Assembly (NCBI GenBank): GCA_964016885.1
Contig: OZ024745.1
Coordinates: forward strand, 81,654,001 to 81,718,000
Reading direction: 5' to 3'
From: Eledone cirrhosa
Lineage: Eukaryota
Length of the DNA stretch: 64,000 nt
Part shown: in pieces, positions 11,621-26,034 of the stretch
Position numbering within the stretch: position 1 is the stretch's first letter
How the letters are laid out: each line of letters begins with the position of its first letter
Notes under the pieces: generated by a model
What the model was told of the DNA's origin: nothing
The model's database searches: none
What the model saw: the letters and a program-made list of their open reading frames with translations, nothing else
Program-made: the position numbers and the translations under genes

Positions 11621-13169
11621 CACAGATCAATCTATCTTAAGTGTGAACCGAATGTAAAATTTTAACTCATCACTGCAATTTGCAACACATTAGATATATA
11701 TTGCTCCCACTAAATTTAATTGTAGGCTTTATCCACTCATAGATATGAGCTAAGTGATTTGGTTATTAATGATATATAAGCACATGAATCCACAACTTTT
11801 CATCTGGTCACCCACATCCTATTAACTAAGCCAGCTACAACACTCTTTTCAGAAATAGATAGTAGAAAGATTTGTAGATATGAAGTCAGTACAAATACAA
11901 CTCTAAGGAACTTGGACTAAGATTGACCTAAAAGAAGTTTGACTAACAGTTATGGCAAATTGTCAAAAGGTAATCCAAACAGGGCTGTCCAATAGATGCT
12001 AACATAAAATAAAACACTAAAACTAAAAATGATTGGTCAGTTTATGAGACAATTGTTTGTTTGTTTGAAAAGTTTGAAATAATGTGCCATTCATGGCTAC
12101 ATACTAAATGCTCCAATATTAATACAGTAGCAAAACAATGGTATGTTTGTGAAGAAAGTTTAAAATAACAAATCTGTTTTTTTAACTTAAGAATAGATAA
12201 ATGTTTAAATGTAGTTTAAAACAAATATGAATGTCTGCAATAGGATCTTTCTGTTTTCAGATAGGTAGTAACAAATTTTGATTGTGCACAAATACTATAC
12301 TATTTTATCATGGGGGTGTATATGAAAGCATATAGGATTTGTTTATGTATAATATACAGATGAGAATTGTGCTATGAAATAATCACAGTAATAATCACAG
12401 CTTTTAAAAATTTCATAGTGAGGCTCTTGTATATGTATTATACATAAACATATCATATATAATTACATACAGATCCCTATGATGAACCACGTTATGTTAG
12501 TGCCATTTCTAATTACCAATATTATTTTAATAATTTGTTTGTGGAGTAACTGTCTATTTGTGAGTATGTGTAATCAATAGATGCTAGCAGGTCAACAGCT
12601 CAGTGGCAAGTAGCTTGAATAGAAACCTTCTCAGGATGGAGGCTTCAGTTAAAGAATTGATACAGTATTTGAAACAACAAAGTGTAACAAAATTATGTTG
12701 TCAAGAAAGAACACCGGAATTACATTTTGAGTGAATTTCAAGTTGTCTATGAAGAACAATCTTGCAATTTCAAGTGTTGCCATGCCATTGACAGCAAACA
12801 GGATGTGGACGACAAGCGAAATACTTCTGTAGTTGTCTAACTAAGAACAAGGCATTTAAAATTTTGCATAACTATAAACTTAAAATCAACATAATAGTTT
12901 TTTTTTTGTTTTGTTTTTTTTACAAATTTATTGTTGTTTCCATTTTGAAACAAACGTTTTTTTTATTTTACAAATATTCAGAGTAGTCTCCTCTTAGTTT
13001 GAGGTTAAGAAGTTCAATTCATAATGACATAGTACTGGGTTTAATCCCACTGAGGGGCATAGTGTGCAAGTGCTTTTTAATATAACCTTGTGTCAGTCGA
13101 TACTTTGTGAGTAAATTTTGTAGGTAAAATCGGAGGAAGCCAGTCATATTTATATATATATGTGTGTGT

Positions 13170-14655
13170 CGAAGTCATACCCAATGACTAGTGCAGCACT
13201 ACAATCAAAAATTGCTATAAGGGCAAAAGTGATGCACTAGAAAGGAGCAACTATAGAGGAATAAAACTAATGGACCAAGTTATGAAAGTGACAGAAACAG
13301 TTAGAGCACAGCTAATTAGGGAAAGAGTCAAAATAGATGAGATGCAGTTTGGCTTCATGCCTGGGAAGAATACTACAGATGCACTCTTAGTAAAGCAACT
13401 ACAAGACAAGTTCCTACCCCCCCCCCCCCCCCCCAAAAGAAAAAACCCACTATATTTAGCTTTTGTTGATCTCGAGAAGGCCATCGACAGAGTACTCGGA
13501 TCTATTATCTGGTGGTCTTAAGGAAATTAGATGTAGAAGAATGGCTTATGAGAGCAGTGCAAGCTATGTACAGAGGAGCTGTTTAGTAAAGTGAGAGTAG
13601 GAAATGTGTTTAGCAAGGAATTCAAGGTACAGGTAGGAGTTCATCAAGGTTCAGTTCTTAGCCTACTGCTGTTCATCATAGTTATTCATGCTATAACAGA
13701 GGAGTTTAAGACTGGCTGCCCATGGGAACTTCTCAATACAGATGATTTGGTCCTTATAGATGAAACCAAAAAGAGCTAGAAAATAAATTCCGATTATGGA
13801 AACTGAATTTGGAATCAAAAGGCCTGAGAGTAAACTTAGCCAAAAGTAAAGGACAGAAGACAGGACCCAGATTCCCTCAGGGAAGTGGCCATGTTCAATA
13901 TACAGAAGAGGAGTAGGTATAAACTCCATACAATGTACACAATGTAAATCTTGGGTATAGAAAAGATGTAGTGAGATAACAAGTAGACTAACAGAAAGGG
14001 AGAACTTTGCATGTAGAAGATGAACAGAAAAAATCGAGAGGAAGAATGCCAATGATATAAACCTTTTCCAGTCACAGGAAGGATCTATAGATGTGGTTGA
14101 TAGCTTCTGCTACCTAGGTGACATAATTAGCAGCAGAGTGGGGTGCGCCAAGAGTATAACAGAATAAGGATAGGATGGAAGAAATTTAGAGAACTGCTCC
14201 CACTGCTGACAACAAAAGGTTTCTCCCTACGTACAAAATGAAGGCTGTATGATGCCTGTGTGTGGTGCGCGATGCTGCATGGTAGTGAAACATTGGCTGT
14301 GACCGCAGAGGACATGCATAGATTTGAGAGAAATGAAGTAACCATGTTTCGTTGGATGTGCAATGTGAATGTGAGAGAACGGCAGAACTTGGACAAGCTG
14401 AGAGAGAAGCTGGGCTTAAGGGGAATCCAAGATGATGTACAGAAGAGAAGACTGCATTGGTATGGATATGTGATGCACATCGACAATGACTACTGGGTGA
14501 GGAAATGCCAGGAAATCCCAGTGGAAGGAAGCCGCAATTGAGGACGACCAAGAAAGACCTGGGGAGAGGTTGTAAGAGCGGACCTCAAATTGCTAAGACT
14601 GGCAGGGGAGATGACAAAGGAATACGACAAAATGATGTGTTGGAGAAAACCTGTT
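13170..14655 (+). mobile_element. Degenerate RTE LINE (RT to C-terminus)
   Basis: QFGFMPGKNTTDA, FVDLEKAIDRV, GVHQGSVLS and RRLHWYGYV, with many stops and frameshifts. Confidence 0.9.
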
Positions 14656-15589
14656 GCACTTATACATATGTGAAAAAAAAAATTGGTTTGTAGATTTTTC
14701 TAATTTCTCCAATTGGTATGTAAGTTCTGGGGCTATATATGTAAGAGATGTGAGCAGTATCCTAATCAACTGGTTTGGGATAAGGACCAGAAGACTAACA
14801 TTACTGGGTTTCTCATAGATATGTTGAGAACACAAACAGATTCAATGTTTTGATTGTTTCTTTTTCCTGGGTCAAGATAAAACACTTAGTTTTGGGTTTT
14901 CTGCATGGAATAGAAGCCATGGAATTTTGAAGAACATGTAATTTTCATTTTCCCAGTCATATAGATTTGTTTTAGCAAAGATTCTTTAGTCTTGTGACAG
15001 ACAGCTTTTGTGGTGTCAGTGACATGATAAAATTCACCCAATCCATGCTGTAAAGTGGTAAGAGATATGAAGAAAATTCCACTGGAAGAAGCAAGTCAAA
15101 AGTAACAGAATATACACACCAGGTGTAGCTGGTTTGAGAAGACCCTTCAGTCTGAATGAATCTATAATGATCTCTCTCATATTGGTACCATGCTGAAATG
15201 CTCCCAGTACAATGCAAAACAGTTAGTTTTGGTACCATGAAATATGCACTCAGTATAGCCTGTAAAGTGATAGAGGTGGTGCCACAAAAAATGCATCCAA
15301 TCTAGTTTGTAAAGTGGTAGTGGTGGTGCCACGATAAATTGCACCCAGTAAACTATGTCAAATATGGAAAGTAATGAACAAGATGGGTTGATCTAACTCA
15401 TCTGGTCTTGGATTGTGACAACCTGTCCAACTCATGTCAGCATGGAAAGTAGATGTTAAATGGTGATGATGTTTTATGTTCCAGATGGCAAAGGACAATG
15501 ACATGTGGTCAGATGCTGTGAGATCTGCGCAACCCATGCTAACATGGAAAAACAGACATAAAATGATAAGTATCATATTATTATTCATT

Positions 15590-15780
15590 ATCATCACCCT
15601 CATCGTTTAACGTCCACTTTCCACGCTAGGATGGGTTAGACGGGTTGTCCCATTTGAGGCAAGTTGGGTCTGGTGACCGTATCTTGCTCATTTAGAACTG
15701 TTTCTGGCTAGATTTCTACAGCTGCATGCCAACCACATTTACAGTGTGTGCTGGGTGCTTTTTGTTGTGATACGTACACA
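15590..15780 (-). mobile_element. RTE 3' tail fragment
   Basis: Similar to the other RTE 3' ends (aacgtccac...gggttagacgggttgtcc). Confidence 0.65.
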
Positions 15781-16352
15781 ACCACCATTGGTATGACTGA
15801 TTGTATAGTTTTGTCCAGATCTAACATCAGGAACAAAAGAGGTTCCGAAACAATTACACAAAAACAAACACATATGACTCTTAGATCAAGATGTGAATAC
15901 TAACCTCCGCATCAACACATACATATATATCATCATCATGATTGTTTAATATATATTTTCCATGCTGGCATGGCTTAGACAGTTTGTCATGCTCTGAGGC
16001 TAGACTGGTCAGATGACCACATCTAGCTCATTTGTTCCATATTTGGCATGGTTTCTATGGCTAGATACCTTTCCTAATACCAATCACTTTACTATGTAAG
16101 AAATGCTACCATTTCCAGTACAATTCTCAGCAACAATAGATATATATGGAGCCCACTAATATGAAATACTAACTTGGAAGTCCTCTCAAGACATTAAAGA
16201 GAGTCGTTGGCGAAAATACGGAATTGTCTGAGTTAATGAGTTAACAGAGGGAGTTAATGTTGGATCGTGTGAGATGGAAAGGTATTATTATGTCACCACA
16301 AAGAAGTAAATACATTTAGTAGTAGTTAGTAGCTTTAGACAACATACAGATC

Positions 16353-19300
16353 TCATCATCATCATCACCGTTTTACGTCCGTTCTTCCATGCTAGCATGG
16401 GTTAGACGGTTTGTCCTGTTGTGGGCAGTGTCTGTTCGGCTGACCATGCCTTGCTCATACAGGAACTGATTTTGGCTTGATTTCTACAGCTGGATGCCCT
16501 TCCTAACACCAATCTCATTTACAGTGAGTGCTGGGTGCTTTTTCTGTGGCGCCTACACATCCACTTTAAATTGTGGGCTGGGTGCTTTTTTGCCGTGCCA
16601 CCTCCACGACCACCTTGCGGGGGGGGGGGGGGGGGGGGGGGGGCATATTGTCTATATGCTTCAGCTTGTACCCATGGGAGGTCGGGTACTCTGTATTACT
16701 GCGTGACACCAGAGGTTACGGTCGTGTGTCATCGCCTTGGAGAGGTGTAATTGGGTAAGGTCGGCTTTTATCACCTCATCCCAGGTCTTCTTGGGTCTCC
16801 CCACTCCGCGGTTTCCATTGACTTCTAGTGCTCTGCACCTTTTTATGCAGCTGTCATCCTTCATACGCATCACATGTCCATACCAACGCAACTGCCGCTA
16901 CTGCACACAGCATTTGATTCCTCTTAGGCTCAGTCTCTCTCTCAATTCATTTATGCTTTGTCGTTCGCGTATATTACTATTACACATCCATCGGAGCATG
17001 CAGGCTTCGTTTCTTTCTAATCTACGTAAGTCTTCCACCTTCAGCGTCCAGGTCTCACTACCATGTAACATTACTGTTCGGATATATGCCTTTCATTTTG
17101 AGGGAGACGCCTTTTGCAGCTAGCGTTCTTATCCTAGTTATTGTACTTTCTGAACAGCCACCTCCGCTGCTAATTCGGTCACCTAGGTAGCAGAAGCTGT
17201 CTACTGTTTCTACAGAGCCCTTCCAGAGATTGGTGGTACTTGTTTCCTGTGGCTGTTTGCTGCTTGCTGTCCCAGCACAGCTGCTGCATGTGAAGCCTAC
17301 ATTCTTAATTAAGCTTCCCGAGATCCCGCTACATATCTTGTGTGCCCATTGTTTGCATTTGGAGTTCCTACCTACACCTTTCCTACATACTGAGTAAGGC
17401 CATTTCCCTGAGGGGATCTGGGTTCTGTTTTCTCGTCTACTTACAAGGACCTTAGTCTTTGCCATGTTGACTTTGAGACCCTTTCTTTCTAGTCCCTGCT
17501 TCCAAGTTTGGAATTTCTTCTCTAGTTCTACCATAGATTCAGCTATAAGTGCGAGGTCATCAGCATACAGGAGTTCCCATGGGCATCCGGTCTTAAACTC
17601 CTCCGTTATTGCCTGCAGGACTATGATGAACAGGAGAGGGCTAAGAACAGAGCCCTGGTGGACACCAACCTGTACGCTAAATTCTTCGCTATACTCATTG
17701 CTAATCCTAACTTTGCTGATTGCTCCCCTATACATGGCTTGTACAGCTTTCACAAGCCATTCATCTACTAGTTTTCTAAGAGCCCACCAGATTACAGCAC
17801 GTGGAACTCTGTCAAAGGCTTTTTCAAGGTCGACAAATGCCAGGTAGAGTGGCTTACTTTTAGCTAGGTACTTTTCCTGTAACTGCCTCACAAGGAAGAG
17901 GGCATCAGTGGTGCCTCTTCCTGGTACAAACCCAAATTGCATCTCATCTAGTTTCGCCCGGTCCCTAATCAACTGTGCTATAACTCTTTCTGTTACTTTC
18001 ATGACCTGATCCATCAGCTTTATACCTCTATAGTTTCCTCTATCTAGTGCATCACCTTTACCTTTGTAGCAGTTGACAATGATGCTACTGCACCAATCTT
18101 TTTGTATGACACCTTCTAGTATTACCTGGTTAACAATACGTGTGGTTATAGTGTGACCTACAAACCCAGATGCCTTCAGCATCTCGGCAGCTATACCCGA
18201 TGGACCGGTTGCCTTCCCCATCTTCATATCTTTGATTGCCTTACTTACTATGCTGCTGCTGACTTGTACTGCTGGCCCCTCTATAGGGGTAGGGTCTCTT
18301 CTTCCCATGCATTCTCCTCATTTAGTAATCTATCATAATGGCTCTTCCATGCATCTTTCTTCTCAGCACTTGTGAGGGCAAGCTCACCTTTATTATTCCG
18401 GATACACTTCTCTCCAATGACATCACAATTCTCTCTGACACACTGCCTCACAATCTTGAACACCTTCTGTTTCTGATCCTCACGTTGCAAAACATGCTTG
18501 AATTTTCTATCCTCTCCTTCTCTCCTAGCTAATTATACTTGTCGCCTAGCTTCCCTCTTGGTCTCTATGTAATGTGCCCTGCTCCCCCCCATTCTTCCAT
18601 TCTTTCCATGCCTGTCTCTTGTTCTTAACTGCCTCATCTACCTTATTGTTCCACCACCAAGTCACTCTCCTCCTGCTTGTGGTCTTACTCCAGCCACAGA
18701 CCTCATCCGTCGCCTCTAGTAAGTTATTTTTTAGGAACTCCCAGTGCTCTTCTACATTGAATGTCTCTATCTGTTCTTCTTTACTGTCGTAGGCGTTGAG
18801 TAAAATATCTTTAAATCTGTTACTGGCTGAGGGGTCTTTCAGGTTCCAGATCTTTCTTCTCCAGGTTGGCCTCTGTTTCCAGGTTCGTCTAGTTTTAACC
18901 GTGAGGTCGCTGACAACTAAGCTATGTTGGGAGGTACATTCCTCACTAGGGTAGGCTTTTGTGTTTACGACCGTCCATCTGTCACGTCCTCTGATGAGGA
19001 TAAAATCTATCTGACGAGAATGCTCTCCTGATCTATAGGTAATCAGGTGGTTGTCGGGTTTTTTGAAGTTTGTGTTACATATCGACATGTCATTGGCGCC
19101 GCAGAATTCTAGAAGTCTGAATCCTTCTTCATTTCTTGTGCCAACCCTGTGGTCTCCATTGACTCTATTGAATCCGTCACAATGTTTACCTACGTATCTG
19201 TTAAAATCTCCTGCGATGATTAGGAAATCATTGTCGTTTGTTAGAACAGTAGTGTGCATTAGGGACTCGTAAAATCTATCCTTAAGTTCGTCTAGCAACC

Positions 19301-19830
19301 CCGATTGGGGTGCGTAAACTGATATTATTGTGGTAATTGTTTTATTCAGGACTAGTCTGAGTTTAATGATTCTTGCATTTACCCTGTACACTGAGATTAC
19401 TTTATCTACCCACTTGTCAGCTAGTAGTATACCTACACCACCCATCCCATCATCATTTCCCACCCAGAAAAATTTGTAGCACCGACTTTTTCCTACAAGG
19501 ACTCTAGCAGACTCTCCTCTCCATCTAGTCTCTTGCACACAGCATACATCAATTTCCTTTCGCTCTAGCATTTCTACGATTTCTCCTGCTCTTCCTTTCA
19601 TTGTGCTTACATTGATGGTACCAACTCGGAGTTTTGGGCATTTGTCGACACTCGTAGGGAAGGGTCGATTTTTGCAGGGGTGTGTGTGTGCTTCCTCTCT
19701 CTGGATTGGGGCTTCACATGGGTGCTTGGTAGCTCACGGATTCATATTCATTTCATCTATTAATTCAGAGTTGCTCCAATTTATTCTTAGCTCATCCATA
19801 CATAACGGTAGGAAAATTCAGGGCTAGAAG
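16353..19830 (-). mobile_element. Near full-length RTE-clade LINE (APE + RT + Cys-rich insert), frameshifted
   Basis: APE ORF 18546-19601 (VCCVQETRW, ISVYAPQ, AGDFN, QIDFIL, SQHSLV) and RT ORF 17058-18308; same family as 5512-8048. The 5' boundary is approximate. Confidence 0.93.
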
Positions 19831-20045
19831 AACAGTGGTGGTGGTAATAATGGCAGGGTGTGTTGGGCTGGGACAGGGGAGGAGAGAGTTAGCTAGTAGT
19901 AGTAGAAGAAATAGCATGCTGAGGTTTGATTGGTCGAATAGGCTATGGTGGTGTGAGGGAAATTGTGAGGTAGGAAGCCAGTCATGGCTATCAAAATAAC
20001 CGATAGAAGTGAATACAGCATGGCAAGATAACCGATAGAAATGAG

Positions 20046-20390
20046 TACAGCTACAATAATAATTGTTTCTACGTTAGGCACAAGGCCAGCAAATACCCAG
20101 TGTATTACTGGTACTTTATTTTATCGACCCCGTAAGGATGAAAGGCAAAGTTAACCTCGGCGGGATTTGTACAGCTACAATAATAATAATTGTTTCTACG
20201 TTAGGCACAAGGCCAGCAAATTACCCAGTGCATTACTGGTACTTTATTTTATCGACCCCGTAAGGATGAAAGGCAAAGTCAACCTCGGCGGGATTTGAAC
20301 TCAGATCGTAAAGGGACGTAACTATGCTGGAAAGCATGGCGTCCGACCCTCTACCGATACTGCCAATTCACAGCTACAATAATAATAATA
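20046..20390 (-). mobile_element. Truncated plus full-length tandem tRNA-derived SINE (Meta/Sauria-core-like)
   Basis: Minus strand: TGGCAGTATCGG (A box), GAGTTCAAATCC (B box), GCCTTTCATCCTTACGGGGTCGATAAAATAAAGTACCAG, and an (ATT)n tail. Further decayed copies lie near 20915, 21150, 27740, 30850, 36750 and 62570. Confidence 0.8.
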
Positions 20391-21424
20391 ATAGCCAGTC
20401 ATGGCCTGTAGCCTTTGATGGAAAAATAGACAGATAGAGAGGCAGCATGGTAGAGAAAATGAGGGTAACAAAATAAATGTGTTGTGGTAGCTAGCGAAGT
20501 GATAAATACAGCAATAGTTGCGAGCAGAACATTTGCAATTGGAGAAATAGGGATACCTGACAAGATTTGTATGGATGAATGGCTGGAACGTAGCTAAACA
20601 ACTCTAGTGATTCATTTTAGTCTTGTAGAGTGTGTCTTATCTCTTCAATAACTTCTCTCTAATAATATTTTCTTTGTGTGCAGAAAAAAAAATGTTTGGT
20701 TCACAATTTTGAAATTTAAAGTTGGATCCCTATGGGTGGCATCTTTGGCAAGTGATTTATTTATTTTTTTTAAATTGTGAGTGAAATTTGGTTGATGGAA
20801 ACGGATCAGATCAACTTCACATGCAATTCAAAGGCTAGCTATGTCAGACTGCTGGAGGAAATATGGTGAATACGAAACACGAATCTAAAGAACTCATCTT
20901 CAGTGACATATAGTATGACTGGTACCTTATTTTATTAACCCTGGAAGGATGAAAGGTAAAGCTGACCTATACATGTGGTGAACTGAGAACATTAAAGAGC
21001 TGAACAAATACCATAAAATGCAGTTTGACGCTCTAATGATTCTGCCAGTCACCTATAATTTCAATTGAGATCTTATGATGTTCATGCCATTTAAATCAAG
21101 TTATAACTTGCAGTGTGAAATTGATTAATACTGTAAGAATTAATGATTTCTAATCTAGGCACAAAGCCTGCAATTTGAGAGAAGGGGAATGTCGATTATA
21201 TTGACCCTGGAAGGATGAAAAGAAAAGTTCATCTTGGCAGAATTTGAACTCAGAATGTAAAGAGCAGGTGCAAATGCCGCAAAGCATTTCATCTGTCATT
21301 CTAACAAGTCTAACCCCTCTCCTACCCCAAGTCGAATTTACTGAAAATATAATCTACCACCCTTAGAATTGTAATAATTAATGAAAGCAAAATTAACTGA
21401 AAATAGTTTGTGGTAAATGTTTAC

Positions 21425-21544
21425 CTTGATGAAACCCTGTCTAACAGGAAATGGAATGACAGAGTATTTGAATGTTGATGCTGTTGGCCAAATATTTGTC
21501 CAGTCATCAGTGATCTTCATTTTGTGATAACGAGGAGGCAAGGC
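21425..21544 (-). CDS. MRPS35: 28S mitochondrial ribosomal protein S35, coding exon 3
   Basis: ALPPRYHKMKITDDWTNIWPTASTFKYSVIPFPVRQGFIK resembles the conserved MRPS35 segment (LPPRTEKM..DQDWPSVYP.AAPFKPSAVPLPVRMG). Polypyrimidine-TAG acceptor, GTAAA donor, 120 nt, phase 0/0. Confidence 0.9.
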
Positions 21545-22507
21545 CTAAAAAAAAAACAAATGACAATTTTTTTAATATCATGAACGTTACAACCAATAGA
21601 CAAAGAAAATGTAATCAATTTAAAGAAAATAAATCATAAATTAAAAATCTGCTACTACAAATAATAGTCTTTTGTATAATTATACAATTTTCAGATTAAT
21701 TTTTAATATTTACTAATTTTTAAATCAAGTTTTAAATTTATAAATTCGTTTTTGAAGAAGGAAGTATGATACTACTAAATTTTTTACACAAATAATCACT
21801 CAAAACCTGTTGAAAGTCTCTTGTCTGTTTACAGCTCACTCCTATTTAGGTTTAGCTGGTTTCTTACAAGATTGCATCTCATGTTTCTAATGTGTTTTAA
21901 TGATTGTTGTCATGAAATGACTTGGCCCTGGACCAGGTATCAGTCCATTGCAGGTTTAACCCACAACCGCACCTGACACTTGTATTTTTTTTTCAGTCAA
22001 ATGAACTGGAATGATGTGGTTATCTGAAATTGAAGTGCCTTGCTCAAGAACACAACGCCTGGTCCAGGAATCAAACTCACCTTTTATTGTAAGATCAACA
22101 TGTTAACTAATAGGCCATCATATACAATGACTGAATTACTTGAAAAATGATGGTATCAAATTGTGCTGTTAATATTGTATTCTCATTGTCCTATTGGTAA
22201 ATAGGTTCCATACCAAGATTTAAGCTTATAATCTATTAGAGTAAATTTAAAAACAAATTTCACCTTACCTAAATAAATAGCAGTTTAAGAGTGACAAAAA
22301 AAAGCAAAAAAAACCAGCTTGAAACTAGATTCTTCTATTAATCTTTAGAGGAAGGGATTTAATCCTGAAATATAAGGACCTATAAAGAACTCCAACATCA
22401 TTGTTATCATCATATTTTCAACATTTACTGTGAAATTCAAACAAAACACTATTTTCTATACTTGACACAATGCTTCAAAAAAAAAAAAAAAAAACTACAC
22501 AAGACAT

Positions 22508-22848
22508 CATTCATCATCATTTCCTTTTATGTCTGCTTTTCCCTGCTTGCAAGGGTAGGACGGGAACTGATTCTGGCTTGATTTCTATAGCTGGATGCCC
22601 TTCCTAACACCAACCTCATTTACAGTGAGTGCTGGGTGCTTTTTTGCCGTGGCGCCTACACGACCACTTCGCAGTGGAATGATATGGATCCCAGTCCCTA
22701 TCATCTCATTTCTACAGCTGAGTAAACTGGAGCAATGTGAAATAAAGTGTCTTGCTCAAGGAAACAACACATCACCCAGTCTGAGAATTGAACTCACAAC
22801 CTTTCGATTGCAAGGCCAATGCTCTAACCACTAAGCCATGTGCCTCCA
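22508..22848 (-). mobile_element. Full-length tRNA-derived SINE with RTE-type tail
   Basis: Minus strand GGAGGCACATGGCTTAGTGGTTAGAGC (A box) ... GAGTTCAATTC (B box) ... RTE-like tail. Confidence 0.88.
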
Positions 22849-23307
22849 TGACACTTAAAAATAAATAGATAATGGATGAAAACAATGAATAATGTTGTTG
22901 AAGATGGGGCCTTAGTGGTTAGAGAGTTGGATTCGCAGTCGTGAGGTTGTGAGTTCAATTCTCAGACCGGGTGATGTGTTGAGCAAAACACTTTATTTCA
23001 CATTGCTCCTTCTGCTAGGAGTTGCGACCAGTAGGTAGTATCAGCAATGGAAACATTGTTTCCTTGATCTGATTTGGAGGCCTACCCAACTCGGCAAGCG
23101 AATGAGGTCTGGGACTTTGTCGATCGATCAGAGTGAGATGGGGCTATGAAGTTGGATCATCTCTGATCATACATCTGCTTGATCAGATTTGATCTGGGGC
23201 TAAACAACAAATTTAGCTATAAAAGCTATTATTGCTTCTACAAAAAAGTGATCTCATCCATATGAAGAAAGTGAAAGAAGCATGGCATAAAGAGTTAAGT
23301 TAGTTAC

Positions 23308-23390
23308 CTCCTTTTTCCTTTTTTTCTGCATTCCTTTCTTAGTTTTTATGTGAACACCTGGAATCTCCAGCACTCGAAATTCTTCAGGAT
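23308..23390 (-). CDS. MRPS35: MRPS35 coding exon 2
   Basis: ttacAG|ATCCTGAAG...AAGGAG|GTAAC, 83 nt, phase 1/0. It encodes DPEEFRVLEIPGVHIKTKKGMQKKRKKE and joins in frame to ALPPR. Confidence 0.78.
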
Positions 23391-23519
23391 CTGTAAATGT
23401 ATAAATGTATAAATGAAGAAAGGAGTTAAAAAAAAAAATCAAGGTTAAAGCAATGATAACAATTTGATACAGTTTTATTTTTCAATGCATATTTATTATT
23501 TTCTTTCAGTTGTTTATCA

Positions 23520-23880
23520 TTCTCTTCTTTTTCTTCGCCCACTTATTCCTGAGATGGTCATGGAGGCAGAGTCCTCAAACACACCTTCCAGCGGGTCCTG
23601 TCAGAAGCAACTATCTCCAACTGATCCGGCTGGATCCCCATGCGTGACCAGCCAAGCTCATGGTCTCTTGCTGGTTGGTTTTGCCTGTAAAAATCTGTCC
23701 GGTGATTCTTTCCCCGAGACATTCTTACCACATGCCCATAGTGTCGGAGCTGTGATCTCTCAATTCGGAGAAGTAGTGGCTCTACCTGGAATGACTCTCT
23801 GATCTCCAAGCTATGCATTTTATTGAGTAACCTTACTCCAAAGACCCTTCGGACTACATTTCGGCTGCTTGTATTTCAGC
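23520..23880 (-). mobile_element. RTE-like LINE C-terminal fragment (another family)
   Basis: VEPLLLRIERSQLRHYGHVVRM...ASDRTRWK; (AAG)-like tail. Confidence 0.75.
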
Positions 23881-23884
23881 CGAT

Positions 23885-24250
23885 TCATCATCATCATCAC
23901 CGTTTTACGTCCGTTCTTCCATGCTAGCATGGGTTAGACGGGTTGTCCTGTTGTGGGCAGTGTCTGGTCGGCTGACCATGCCTTTCTCATACAGGAACTG
24001 ATTTTGGCTTGATTTCTACAGCTGGATGACCTTCCTAACACCAACCTCATTTATAGTGAGTGCTGGGTGCTTTTTTGTGGCGCCTACACGTCCACTTTAC
24101 AGTGTGGGGCTGGGTGCTTTTTTGCCGTGGCACCTCCACGACCACTTTGCAGTGGGAGGGTGTGGGGCATATTGTCTATATGCTTCAGCTTGTACCCATA
24201 GGAGGTCGGGTACTCTATTACTGCGTGACATCTTTGAGAGGTGTAATTGG
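23885..24250 (-). mobile_element. RTE 3' UTR fragment
   Basis: Near-identical to 5515-5900. Confidence 0.88.
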
Positions 24251-25239
24251 GTAGATTCCAAAATTTTAAATGTACACATAGAAATTTATAAATAAGACAC
24301 ACAAATGTGGTAATGACATAGAACTAAGTTTCATCCCATTGGACAAGTTTCTTCATGGGTTGAAATTGTGAGTGAAATTTCTAGATGAAAACTTTATTGA
24401 AGCCTAGTGTGTGTATGTGTATGTTTCTTTCTCCTCATTGCATTCCCCATTGCTTGTGCAGGTGATGATGTTTATTAATATCCTGCTCAGTACTTTATTT
24501 TAAATCAATGATGATGAAACACATGAACTCTTTTTTCATTTACTGAATATTTTTCATTATTGGAAGCACTCTGTTGGTTACGAGTGCTCCGGTTGATCCG
24601 ATCAATGAAACAGCCTGCTCGTGAATTTAATGTGCAAGTAGCTGAGCATTCCACAGACACACGTACCCTTTACATAGATCTCAGGGAGATTCAGTATGAC
24701 ATATTAGAATATGGTCTGTATCCTATACTTAATTATCATAATCTACCATTTCCATGACTGGAGTATTCACAATGCAAGGATCTCTATACTGTGAAGAGCA
24801 GATAACTCTGATGTATTTTATAGCATAAAGAAACGATTTCTTTCTTTATACAGCAGTCTTTTTTTTTAATCAGTGTTATGTTAATATTTAGCGGTGCTGC
24901 AAAATTCTCAGATTTTCATCATCAAGACTTAGGTAACTTAAAATATTTAGCAAAAGAAAAAAATTGGGAAGAATTTCAAATTAATCAAATGGTTATAGCA
25001 AAGAAAAATATGAATGAGAGAGAGAGAGAGAGAATATATTACATTTTTTTCTATGGGTAAGTCTAGATGTGATGGTGGTTGTGGTGGTGGGCAGCCACCT
25101 AACCGTTACAAGGGTTTTGGAATTGGTGAGATTTATGCAGTTTACATTCACCTTAAAAATCTCTACTTAAAAATCTCTAAAATGTCTGCAGAAAAATTCA
25201 AAAAGATTTGACATTTTAACAAGGAAAGATTAGGCAGAG

Positions 25240-25590
25240 TGGTTAGTCTATGGATTAAGGGAAGAGATACAGAAGGGGTGATGCAAAGATGAAAGACAGG
25301 TATGTCATATGACTTAGAGTGTAAGTGGTATGCAACAAGTTAGTTCAGAAAAGTAGAGGCTATTGTAGTTGTAACAGAATATGGATCACAGGTTGTATTG
25401 AATTATTAACTGAGCCTTTCCTAATCAGTGGAACAGCATTCTTTTGGACAACGTCTAGGATATTTGTAAGTGTAGCAGCAAATCCAGCCCTGGTGTGACA
25501 GCAGTACTCAACTGTAAATTTTACTTGAGCTTTGTAGACTGTCTGCAATGGATTGGAGCTAAAATATTTTCTATCACTGGAAAAAAGAAA
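25240..25590 (-). mobile_element. Degenerate CR1/Jockey-group LINE C-terminal fragment
   Basis: VYKAQVKFTVEYCCHTRAG...ILDVVQKNAVPLI resembles the post-RT LYKAQIRPxLEY...LDxxQxRAxRLI region. Confidence 0.55.
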
Positions 25591-26034
25591 AAGTTTTTCC
25601 TTGGGATAAATCTTTACCTATATATGTGATATAAACAGGAAACATTATTGGAGATTATCAGAATGACTTTGGTGATTTTAGCTATGTGGTGTCCAAGACT
25701 AGAGAAAGTCAGGTATAAAATGTTTTTCTTTTTTATTTTATTTTAAATGCAGTGATTACGCCATTGTGTTGTTGAAAAAGTACAAAGATTGCCGTCTTCC
25801 CATCAGAATGTTTTCAAAGTTTCTGTTGAAGGAATTAGTGCAGGTTTGTTGTAAGGTGTTCAAGTTGTATATGAATGAGAATTGTGTAAGGTAAGTTAAG
25901 TGTAGAGGCATATTATCTGTATAGCAGTGAGCTTTGATATATGACATCAAACCAGTAGTTAGAAATTTTTGCTTTGAAGACAATAGTTTTGCTGAAGCTG
26001 TGGTAATGGATAAACGCCATCCAGTTGGTATCAT

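Noticed and set aside
2827-19272. Plus-strand ORFs antisense to RTE copies
   Set aside because: Shadow frames of the LINE coding strand.
22770-22980. tRNA genes
   Set aside because: A/B boxes are present, but there is no closed cloverleaf and the sequence runs into SINE bodies.
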